A stretch of 41,235 nucleotides of DNA from Nitrososphaerota archaeon (GTDB lineage Archaea; Thermoproteota; Nitrososphaeria; Nitrososphaerales; Nitrososphaeraceae), in the NCBI GenBank assembly GCA_005877345.1, contig VBPR01000221.1:1-41235 (forward strand). Direction: 5' to 3'. Below the pieces are notes generated by a model. It saw nothing but the letters and a program-made list of their open reading frames with translations, did not search any database and was not told the origin of the DNA. Positions 20,684 through 29,339 of the stretch are shown piece by piece (within the stretch, counting starts at the first letter, position 1; each line of letters opens with the position of its first letter). The translations under genes were made by a program, and so were the position numbers.

Positions 20684-21694
20684 CTAGTTACCAGTTGTAA
20701 GTACACATCTAAACCTAGCTTTGCCGCCAATCATACGATCATACGCCTCTGCTGCGCGTTCTAGGGGAAAGACTTCTATCATGGGCCGAACACCAGAAAG
20801 TACGCCAAAAGAGAGTGTATCTTCTGCATCGACAGCAGATCCGGCTAGCCAACCCACAGCTGATCTATGGCCAAAGAAGTAAAAATTCGGATATAATTCA
20901 AGCGGTTCATCAGAAGCACCAATGATTATGAATTTGCCGTTGACAGCCAGACCATCCATTACTGTGCTTGTGGCCCTTCCACCTGGGCCCGTTCCGAGAA
21001 TGATCTTGGCACCTCCGAGCTTTACAAGCTCTTCTGCAGGATTCTGTGATTTGCTATTGATGTAATGATTAGCGCCAAGCTTTTTCACAATCTCCTCCTT
21101 ATCCTTTCCTCTGCCAATAGCAATTGTCTTAAAACCCATCTTGGAAGCAAATTGTATTCCTAGATGTCCAAGCCCCCCAACACCGAATATTGCAACGGTT
21201 TCCCCTGTACGTGCACCACTGTTTCGAAGAGCGTTGTATGTGGTGACTCCTGCACACATCATTGGAGCAGCCTCTGTAGCTGAAAGCTCGTCGGGGATAG
21301 ATGCAACTGCTTCTGTTGGTGCAATCATATAGTCAGCATAGCCGCCGTCGTAGGAAATACCGGGTACTTGGGCGAATTGACAATAGACAAAGTCCCCCCG
21401 TCTACAATATTCGCAGCGACCACAATGGCCACCATGCCAGCCCACGCCGATTCGCTGTCTAGTCTTCCATTCGGTGACCTCGCTTCCTAGTTTGTCTATA
21501 ATGCCGGCAACTTCGTGTCCAGGAGCCTTTGGATATTTGATCCCGGGTAATAATCCATCCTTCGTAACGCTGTCGCTGTGACAAATGCCGCATGCTTGAA
21601 CTTTGATACGTACCTGACGCGCGCCAGGCTCTGGAATCTCTTTTTCTACGATTTCTAAAGGCGCGTTAGGCTTGGAAACTTGTACTGAGCGCAT
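20684..21694 (-). CDS. zinc-dependent alcohol dehydrogenase (MDR family)
   Basis: CGICHSD, GHE, CxxCxxC-x7-C structural Zn, GVGGLG. Confidence 0.95.
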   Translation of the reverse strand: MRSVQVSKPNAPLEIVEKEIPEPGARQVRIKVQACGICHSDSVTKDGLLPGIKYPKAPGHEVAGIIDKLGSEVTEWKTRQRIGVGWHGGHCGRCEYCRRGDFVYCQFAQVPGISYDGGYADYMIAPTEAVASIPDELSATEAAPMMCAGVTTYNALRNSGARTGETVAIFGVGGLGHLGIQFASKMGFKTIAIGRGKDKEEIVKKLGANHYINSKSQNPAEELVKLGGAKIILGTGPGGRATSTVMDGLAVNGKFIIIGASDEPLELYPNFYFFGHRSAVGWLAGSAVDAEDTLSFGVLSGVRPMIEVFPLERAAEAYDRMIGGKARFRCVLTTGN

Positions 21695-21717
21695 ATTCTA
21701 TTCACAAATTTTTACTC

Positions 21718-22140
21718 CTACGTCGTTCTCCCCGAAGTATTCGGAAAGTTGTCCCCGAACATTGGAAGGCGACTCTTTGACTGCTCCTGGGTGACCTCGT
21801 CTTGAACTACATCCCAGTGCTCGGCCAGAACCCCGTCCTTGATGCGAAGTATGTCAACTACAATCCAAGCCATAGGCTGGCCGAAGCCAGAAAACCGTCC
21901 GTGTACGATTACGAAATCTCCATCTGCCATAATTATTCCCGGTTCAAACTTGAGTGTTGGCGGGAGGCTCTTGACGAAATTGAACAGGCCCTCGCGACCA
22001 GGCTCAATGTAAGAACTATGCTGTATGTAGTTAGGCGACCAATAGCGCTCAGCCGCTACATAATCACGCTGATTGAAAAGTGTATTCCAAGCTTTGATGA
22101 CAAGTGCTTTGTTTTTCTCTTGCGACTCTACGTCCACCAT
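21718..22140 (-). CDS. SnoaL/NTF2-like protein
   Basis: YIQHS...ADGDFVIVHGR...DILRIKDG..AEHWDV. Confidence 0.88.
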   Translation of the reverse strand: MVDVESQEKNKALVIKAWNTLFNQRDYVAAERYWSPNYIQHSSYIEPGREGLFNFVKSLPPTLKFEPGIIMADGDFVIVHGRFSGFGQPMAWIVVDILRIKDGVLAEHWDVVQDEVTQEQSKSRLPMFGDNFPNTSGRTT

Positions 22141-22379
22141 ATGTACAATAATATAACTGAAAGGGTTGATTTAGGCTTGGTGTAAGTCAAGGTATGGTTT
22201 TGGTATACTTTTTTGTAATTTCTGTCTCTTTCTTACAGTACAGCTATAAACATCAGACAATCTAAAAAGATTACAAGGCCTATACATCTTTGGAGGTTCT
22301 CTTGCGGGTTTTAGTAGTAATTGATTGATTGAGTAGTACCTACGCATACCAACACAAAAAATGAAAATAATAAAGTATA

Positions 22380-23363
22380 TTACGTGTCTTTCTTAGTTAT
22401 TGCTGATGACAAGTACTTTTGACTAGTTATTCTTTTGTCAATCTTGCTTTTTAACAATTCTTGATATATTCTCGTTTCACTAGTTGCCATTATAGACTCG
22501 ACCTTGTTAACTCCATCATAGGATTCTAATCTTCTTAGTATTGAGTTGACAGTAGAAATGTTTGCACAGCAGAAAGATGCAGCAACTAGTTCCCTTTGAT
22601 GGCCAAATGAATAGTTAATTGGATATAGTAATAAATCATCAAGTGGGTGAAACAAATATTCTTGCATTTCATTGTAAATTCTTTGAACCAGGTTTTGATG
22701 ATAAGTGGCATGAACGCGAATTAATACTACAAATTCAATGAAGCCTGTCAATTTCATAGAAGACAAGTCAGTTAAAATGGTAAATTGCAGAATATGTTTT
22801 TCTCTCATCACTTCTAACCTTCTTGCCACAGTCTTTGTAGATAGGGAAGTATCTTTAGCGATATCCTCAACTCGCATTCTAGGATCTGATAACAAACATT
22901 TCATAATCTCCAAATCAGAGCTATGAATCCTTACATTCACCGGGCTGTAACTTCCGAAGATACTATCTACCTCTGCTGGTTTTAGTAATTCGGTCAGTAT
23001 TCCTATCTTCCCTTCCGATTCATCCCTGACAAATAATACAAATGACGCTGCTTCTAATTCTTTAATATACAGGAAAATATCTCCCAAAAGGCTTATCTTT
23101 TTGAATATTTCTTGCTCTGCAATCGTTTTATGTATGTTCTTTACTATTAAAATGCATTCTTTCTCATATCCAAATATTACAGGATTTATGACTGTTGCAA
23201 ATCTTCGTATTACACCATTTGATACCATTTTGTTAATCCTTTTCTTTGTGGCAATTGGTGTTATCCCAACAGCAAAAGCTATATTCTTATAAGAAGTTCT
23301 ACAGTCTCTAGCAAGTAACCTTATAATCTGTAAATCAATACTATCCAGCCGAGTCTCCTGCAA
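22380..23363 (-). CDS. Lrp/AsnC-family regulator with two wHTH modules
   Basis: LDSIDLQIIRLLARDCRTSY... and DLEIMKCLLSDPRMRVEDIA...TVARRL. Confidence 0.88.
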   Translation of the reverse strand: MQETRLDSIDLQIIRLLARDCRTSYKNIAFAVGITPIATKKRINKMVSNGVIRRFATVINPVIFGYEKECILIVKNIHKTIAEQEIFKKISLLGDIFLYIKELEAASFVLFVRDESEGKIGILTELLKPAEVDSIFGSYSPVNVRIHSSDLEIMKCLLSDPRMRVEDIAKDTSLSTKTVARRLEVMREKHILQFTILTDLSSMKLTGFIEFVVLIRVHATYHQNLVQRIYNEMQEYLFHPLDDLLLYPINYSFGHQRELVAASFCCANISTVNSILRRLESYDGVNKVESIMATSETRIYQELLKSKIDKRITSQKYLSSAITKKDT

Positions 23364-23603
23364 TAGTAATGACTAATCTATAGCGCGATATACGTATTTC
23401 GGCTATTTCTTCATTATTACTTCATATTTTCATTCTTTTTGTCTCTTTTGATATATTTTATAAGATCTACAATATAATAATAACAGGATGAATGGTGCAA
23501 TAATCTCTCCTTCACGAACGAGTACTCCGCCTTATTTAATTGCCGTCACAAAGGCGATATCTTCTCAAGGAACCCTTGTATACACATTATACCTTAAGTC
23601 CAA

Positions 23604-23802
23604 GGGATGACTGAATATCCGACGAGAATTACACTTTAAGCAAATGATTAATGACCCCGTCGGTTCCCACGACGCTATCGGTTCTAAAATGGGATTCTCA
23701 ATTATAAAATGAATTAGTAAGCTTTAAAGTTTTCGAATCGTCTAAGGTTCATCGGGATTCGAACCCTGCATGTAGTAGGGTTCTACTAACTTGGTATTTA
23801 GC
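23604..23802 (+). repeat. dispersed repeat, degenerate B, A, E
   Basis: A at 23656-23735; E hairpin GAACCCT-N9-AGGGTTC; collinear with 16168-16316. Confidence 0.9.
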
Positions 23803-24027
23803 TTTTACTCTGGTAATGAAGAGTAGTAAAAATCGTAAAAAAGTTAACATCGGCTTTTCATGTATCCGTTTCAATACGACTTTGTTTATTGAAATAATAC
23901 CGCAACTAAGTATCATGTTTGCTCGTTTGTTTAAAACTTGACTTGATTTATACCTTTAATAAATACGGAATTTGGACTAGAACGTTGAAAAAACCAATAA
24001 CAAATAAAAAATGTAGGTATAATTCCT

Positions 24028-24537
24028 CTATTCTACAGCACTAATCTGTCCTCGTATTTCCCCGTTAGGATTTTTCTCGGTGTGAACATTCACGTAAGCT
24101 TCACCACGTTCCAGGGCCCTAATTATGTCACGGAAAGGGCTTCCCTGCATCTGCCCTTCCAAGTTAGAAGCTGTGATAGTTCCATTGGTCAAACTTCCTG
24201 ATATTTGGCCAGTCGGACTATCGGCCTTTAACAAGGTAACTACGACTTCTCCATTCTCACCTTTGGGTGCATTGTGAATATGTGCTGCAGTAACCTTATC
24301 CATGCCAGTAACGTTCACATCATATTTAATTGATTCTCCTCCTTCCACAGTAAATGATGCAACACCAGTAGCAGTAGTATCTACTGGAGGAACTTCTTCT
24401 CCTCCTGAAAGCATTGCGCTAAAAGGCTCTGTCTGCTCATTCTCCTGTGCAAATGCCAAATTTATGTGTGCCAATGAAAATAAAACTAAAGATATCGCAA
24501 CAGCAAGTGCTAGCACCAGTATCTTTGGTTTATACAT
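24028..24537 (-). CDS. secreted CHRD-domain protein
   Basis: Signal peptide; LSGGEEVPPV, AAHIH, YVNVHT-x2-PNGEIRGQI. Confidence 0.92.
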   Translation of the reverse strand: MYKPKILVLALAVAISLVLFSLAHINLAFAQENEQTEPFSAMLSGGEEVPPVDTTATGVASFTVEGGESIKYDVNVTGMDKVTAAHIHNAPKGENGEVVVTLLKADSPTGQISGSLTNGTITASNLEGQMQGSPFRDIIRALERGEAYVNVHTEKNPNGEIRGQISAVE

Positions 24538-24627
24538 TGCAAACCGATAATAATCTAACGCATTTAAATGAGATTATTTTAAAAAATGCCTTTCTTTTGG
24601 TAGAATTAATTCTACAAGATTTGGAGA

Positions 24628-24840
24628 CATCGGGATACGACTGAATATTCAGTCGGAACATTATTAGAGTTTCTAAAACTAGAATCTTATTAGATATAAT
24701 AAGAGGAAACATTATTTATGAGAACATCGGGAACCAAGCTGTTAACAATTCGGATCCAAAGCTTTCGGATCCAAAGCTTTAAGTTTTTCTTCTATCATTA
24801 GTAAACTGGATTCAGTGGGACGAGGGGTTTGTGAACCAAA
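24628..24840 (+). repeat. dispersed repeat, B-linker-C-(promoter tail)-D
   Basis: Perfect 18-bp palindrome CGACTGAATATTCAGTCG at 24638-24655; 15-bp tandem duplication CGGATCCAAAGCTTT at 24751-24780. Confidence 0.92.
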
Positions 24841-25060
24841 TAGCTATTTTCCAGCTTCGCTTATAGAGAAGTAATAATTTTTATTTATTTCTAACCACCA
24901 GATTCGAGTTACTTATTTTATCTGTTATCTATCGAAACATAGGCATGTTCAAGGTTGTCCGACAATTAAAAGAGGTGTCTAGCCAACAACATCATCATGT
25001 GTTCGTGATTAGTCCTTTACATAAACATTATTATTCTAACGTCTATAGACTTAATGAAAC

Positions 25061-25357
25061 ATGTTTTCGGATGAGAATCTTGGTAAGGCCATCGATTTTG
25101 TAGACCCTAAGGTCAACAGCTGGGCAAAGGACTTGTTTGGAAGCTTCGAGCAATTGAATTTGACTAGACCTCAGAAGGAGCTAATTCAGGTTTTGACGGC
25201 TGAGACTCTCCTGTACAATAGCCTTATGTCAAATGAAGAAATCATCGCAATCTTGTCTGACATAATACGAAATATAGCAAGCCGCCACGCATATGGATTG
25301 TTCCTTGACTGGGGTAAGAGAGCCTCATTATTCAAGGCACCTGATAAAGAAAAATGA
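25061..25357 (+). CDS. hypothetical helical protein
   Basis: 98 aa ATG ORF, sole gene between two repeat loci. Confidence 0.6.
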   Translation: MFSDENLGKAIDFVDPKVNSWAKDLFGSFEQLNLTRPQKELIQVLTAETLLYNSLMSNEEIIAILSDIIRNIASRHAYGLFLDWGKRASLFKAPDKEK

Positions 25358-25507
25358 ATCAGTAATAATGCCTTAGGATACTTTTTAGAGGTAATTATAG
25401 ATTTAGTGCTAATATCAGGACCCATATTGTCAGTTGCAAATCAATACTATCTTGCCAGTCACTGAATAATATGCGCTTTCATTGCTCATATTTCTCTTAC
25501 TTATTAT

Positions 25508-25578
25508 CCTAGAATCCCATTAGAGAACTAATTTTATTGCGGGCCCGTCGGGATGCGTATTGTTAACAATCCGGGTCC
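25508..25578 (+). repeat. dispersed repeat, left flank plus module C
   Basis: GCGGGCCCGTCGGGATGCGT-ATTGTTAACAAT-CCGGGTCC. Confidence 0.88.
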
Positions 25579-25906
25579 ATCCGGAGGAATATGAAAATAC
25601 AATTAAATCGATTCACCCTGCATTAAGTACTTTTTTATATGCAAACTTGAAATCAAATTATGATATCAAATTACTTCAATAGAGTAACATGAAATCAGTT
25701 TACAAAATGTTACCCTCAACTATAAAAATATATGTATAATGCTTAATACGTAAAAACGGCTATAAACTAAATAAATAATGGTCTTTATTTCAGAAAAAGA
25801 TTTGGTATTTGAAAATATTACAAAAAAGTTAACTAAATTTTTACGGCTTATTTACTTTTATTTACTTTCTTAATTAACTTTCTACAAATATTAAGACAAA
25901 TAAAAT

Positions 25907-27142
25907 ATGGAGAAAAATCGGCATCATGTCTGTCTTTCCTTAGTTTGCTCTAGCATAATTTTTTCGAGCATTTTTGTTTTGGTATATATAAGCCTTTCAT
26001 TACTCAATCAACTACAACCGACATATAGTGAGACAGTAACACAACCTAAACAAATTTCTCCAGGGAAATATGATATGGTCAAGAATTGTACTAGTGAGGC
26101 GAGTAAGAAACCTAGTTCAATTGAATACCTGACTTACTTTAACTGTGGTCATGTCTCAAAAGATGCAAACGGGAAGATAATAAGACAGTTTACACTTATT
26201 GTTCAAGAACATCAAAAGATACCTATCTCGTACGAAGGGCATGTCTTTGACGGATGGACATATAATGGCACTATTCCCGGGCCAACTATAAGAGTTACTG
26301 AAGGTGATTTAGTCCGAATTAGAGTGATTAATAGTAACGATAACCTACATCCTCATTCACTTCATGTTCAATCTATTCATAATGCAAAGGTTGATGGTGT
26401 TTCGATGGGGGGATATCCTGGAGGGGCCATTTCTCCTGGTCGAAGTTTCACTTATGAATTTGTTGCACAACCATATGGCGTATACCCATATTCCTGTCAC
26501 GTTGACCCAGTAGCCGACTCTATAAACAGGGGATTATATGGAATGATGATTATAGATCCTAAAGAACCTAGGCCACATATGACAGAAATGGCCATGATCC
26601 TGAATGGTTATGACATGAATTATGAACAAGAAGGACATACCTCACTTCCTCCTGCTTCACAATTTCCGATAAATCAACAAAATGATACTGGCTCTAACAT
26701 GACACAAATGTCTCTTACTTCTCTACCTTCTATCAAACAGAAAAAGATTGAAAGTCCTCAAGACAAGGAAAGAGATAATGAGATTTACTCAGTTAATGGA
26801 AAGGCCTTCGATTATGTGAAGCATCCAATCATGTTACAAACAGGGAAATTATACCGTATATACATTGTTAACATGCTGGAATTTGACTTGGTCAATTCAT
26901 TCCATATACATGGTACAATGTTTGATTACTATACTGCTGGCACAGATGAAACATCAGATTACAATACTGACATAGTTACCATGTCACAGGGAGATAGAGG
27001 AATAATGGAATTTAAATATGATTATCCTGGAACTTATGTGTTCCATGCACATCAGACAGAGTATACGGATCTGGGATGGATGGGCCTTTTTGATGTAAGG
27101 GGAGATCCAGTTAAGACAAATATTATCGCTATAAATACGTGA
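25907..27142 (+). CDS. two-domain multicopper oxidase-like protein, membrane-anchored
   Basis: WTYNGTIPGPTIRVTEGD, HSLH, xCH, GLYG, FHIHG, FHAH; N-terminal TM helix. Confidence 0.9.
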   Translation: MEKNRHHVCLSLVCSSIIFSSIFVLVYISLSLLNQLQPTYSETVTQPKQISPGKYDMVKNCTSEASKKPSSIEYLTYFNCGHVSKDANGKIIRQFTLIVQEHQKIPISYEGHVFDGWTYNGTIPGPTIRVTEGDLVRIRVINSNDNLHPHSLHVQSIHNAKVDGVSMGGYPGGAISPGRSFTYEFVAQPYGVYPYSCHVDPVADSINRGLYGMMIIDPKEPRPHMTEMAMILNGYDMNYEQEGHTSLPPASQFPINQQNDTGSNMTQMSLTSLPSIKQKKIESPQDKERDNEIYSVNGKAFDYVKHPIMLQTGKLYRIYIVNMLEFDLVNSFHIHGTMFDYYTAGTDETSDYNTDIVTMSQGDRGIMEFKYDYPGTYVFHAHQTEYTDLGWMGLFDVRGDPVKTNIIAINT

Positions 27143-27254
27143 TCAAATTAATTACTTTTTATTCATTGAACCAGTATAATCTCGTCAAACTTCTCTTCCC
27201 ATTAATCAGTAACGAAAATCGATACTAATAGTCAGAATAAATTGGGAGGTCTGA

Positions 27255-27336
27255 GGCCGTCGGTACCCACGACACTATCGGTCGAAAATTAGGATTCTGA
27301 GTGTATTTACTAACCGAAAAGCTTTAAACTTTTCTC
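27255..27336 (+). repeat. dispersed repeat, module A
   Basis: GGCCGTCGGTACCCACGACACTATCGGTCGAAAATTAGGATTCT-N21-AGCTTTAAACTTTTCTC. Confidence 0.9.
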
Positions 27337-27375
27337 ATTTTCCGGCAGTAACATGAATCCAGTCTTATTCATCCA

Positions 27376-27822
27376 TTAAGCAGAAACATTAGGAGGCATG
27401 TAGTTTGCTACTGAAGAACCCTGGTGATGTATCATTAGCCATTGATTATCGTATTTGTTGCTGTTGACATTTTGTTTTTCAAAGATATTCGTAGCAATTA
27501 CACCCATTCTAATACTATTTCCATCTTCTATATTAGAATCAATATTTTCTAAACAAATGACTACTGCTATCTTTTCAAATGCTTTTATCTTTATGTTAGT
27601 GACAAGGAATCTTATCATCTTAGTATTTTCAAATATCCTCACCCAACTTTCCCTTATTGCTGTCCAGCTGCTAAACATCTCCCAACCAGGATGTATACAG
27701 ATAACATCATTGCTATGTTTCCAGACCTCTTCCATTTTTTCTATTGAGAGGCTTTCAAATGCTTTATAGAATCTCAAATTACTAGCCTCTATAGTTTGTT
27801 CTACGCCATTTTCTTCATCCAT
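27376..27822 (-). CDS. NTF2/SnoaL_3 family protein
   Basis: FYKAFE, CIHPGW, ATNIF, WLMIHHQGS. Confidence 0.88.
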   Translation of the reverse strand: MDEENGVEQTIEASNLRFYKAFESLSIEKMEEVWKHSNDVICIHPGWEMFSSWTAIRESWVRIFENTKMIRFLVTNIKIKAFEKIAVVICLENIDSNIEDGNSIRMGVIATNIFEKQNVNSNKYDNQWLMIHHQGSSVANYMPPNVSA

Positions 27823-28018
27823 TAGAAATTATGCTATAGTTTTATTGATTTAAAAATAACTGAATGTCTGAAATATTTGACCTAAATCGAGACGAATGCT
27901 ACTAGAAAGACAAATTAGCATAAACCCATAATGATATCTATGACGTTTCCAGTTAATATAAGAGCTGGCTGGATACAGGTAACTATATCTCACCAGAAAA
28001 GATTTGATAATCCAGATA

Positions 28019-28732
28019 CTAACGTAGGGCATCATGAAAAATAATTCCTAGTGTGTGTCGTTCTCCATCACAAACCTCACTTATACCATGCCTCATTTGC
28101 ACTTGATAATAACCTTTGTTACCTTTCATGGGTCTGAAATTTGTAGTAAGAATGAGCATATCTCCCATACGCGGTCTAAGTACTATGGCTCTTGATTGTG
28201 ACCTAGGATTTTGCTGCGTTAATACAAATTCTCCTCCAGAATAGTCTTCATCCGGTTGGTTAAGGAAGAGTACGAGCTGCATGGGAAAAAAAATATTTCC
28301 GTATAAATCGTGATGTAGCGTATTAAATCCTCCCTTGCCATACTTAAGAATAAGAACTGTGCATTCAGTTTGATTGTTATCATGGCATAGCTTTTGAAGT
28401 CTTTCAAACTCATTAGGAAATTGTCTTTTTAGGTTTAGGAGTCGCATCCAATTGTTTGCGATAGGAGCAAGTATAGGATATACACCTTTTCTTATAATAT
28501 GAATTAAATTTGGCAAGGGATACTTGAAATATTTATATTCTCCTAAACCAAAACGATATTTTTCCATAGTAATAATCTTACGATAAAGATCCTCATTACC
28601 ATATTTGCTGATAAGTTCTTTACAGTATTTTACAGGTAAGAATTGTGATAACAAAATATATCCTTTCTCATCCATCCCTTCGGCTATCTTTTGACCATTG
28701 ATTTCAGAAATCTTTTGCTCAATATCATTCAT
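28019..28732 (-). CDS. 2OG-Fe(II) oxygenase (DUF2086/prolyl-hydroxylase-like)
   Basis: GEYKYF, LHHDLYG (HxD), GGEFVLT, RHGISEV, RHTLGIIFHDA. Confidence 0.9.
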   Translation of the reverse strand: MNDIEQKISEINGQKIAEGMDEKGYILLSQFLPVKYCKELISKYGNEDLYRKIITMEKYRFGLGEYKYFKYPLPNLIHIIRKGVYPILAPIANNWMRLLNLKRQFPNEFERLQKLCHDNNQTECTVLILKYGKGGFNTLHHDLYGNIFFPMQLVLFLNQPDEDYSGGEFVLTQQNPRSQSRAIVLRPRMGDMLILTTNFRPMKGNKGYYQVQMRHGISEVCDGERHTLGIIFHDALR

Positions 28733-28885
28733 TATTTTCAGATATGATTTTTCGATAATATTAAATTTAATCTATGACTTCCGGGAGACTTGAACATTTA
28801 AACAGTGTATGTATCCGATTCAAGTTCTAGTGGTTTATTAATAATTTTCTTCAATATACCATAGGTTCCGTTTAGCTGAATGGTA

Positions 28886-29020
28886 CCTGTCGGGATGGGA
28901 ATTGTTAACAAGTCGGATCCAAATATAGAATCAAATGCTGAATTTTCAGGCTTACTCATAGAATTAATTTGGTATCGGGTTCGGTGGGACTGATAAAGCT
29001 ACAATTATAATTTAGGAACC
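28886..29020 (+). repeat. dispersed repeat, C...D
   Basis: CCTGTCGGGATGGGAATTGTTAACAAGTCGGATCCAAA and CGGGTTCGGTGGGACTGATAAAGCTACAATT (cf. 39486-39520). Confidence 0.85.
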
Positions 29021-29151
29021 CTACTGCTCAAGCTCGGTATTAATTCATTCAACATTGGACATTTGTAACCAAGGTCGGAAGGGAGAAACCATCTTCAAAC
29101 ACCGTCGAGTTCATAAGTTCGATGATTGCCTATTGCTCTTTCAATAGTATC

Positions 29152-29290
29152 TCATGGTAGCGTTAACGTTTGCAATGTTTGTTGCAGTAAAATCAATTGA
29201 TCTACTACCTCCCAGTCTTCGATTATAATACCATTCTCTATCCTAAAGAGGTCAGAGGATCTGATGTTTACTGATCGGTATGTTGGTGAC
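29152..29290 (-). pseudogene. C-terminal remnant of a SnoaL-type ester cyclase
   Basis: PTYRSVNIRSSDLFRIENGIIIEDWEVVDQL resembles an ester-cyclase C-terminus; N-terminus missing. Confidence 0.6.
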
Positions 29291-29339
29291 ACCAGGTCGT
29301 TGTAAATAATATAAGAATGAGCTCGTATAATAATTTCTC

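Noticed and set aside
23744-23802. tRNA gene (GGGTTCGAATCCC on the minus strand)
   Set aside because: Only a T-arm-like motif; no acceptor 5' strand, D-arm or anticodon arm can be folded.
24447-24712. ORFs overlapping repeat loci (also 18795, 39231, 10031)
   Set aside because: They run through or alongside non-coding repeat modules with no recognisable protein features.
25907-27142. nirK call
   Set aside because: Ligand pattern (FHIHG, FHAH in domain 2; substituted domain-1 His) fits a two-domain MCO-like protein better; NirK cannot be supported.
8558-27225. Short similarity AAA.TTCTCTTCC.ATTAAT downstream of htpX and of the MCO gene
   Set aside because: Only ~18 nt of AT-rich match; could belong to the repeat's left flank but cannot be separated from chance by eye.
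9982-28925. Canonical integron attC sites (GTTAAC in module C)
   Set aside because: GTTAAC is at the palindrome centre, not at RYYYAAC/GTTRRRY termini; no intI in the window.
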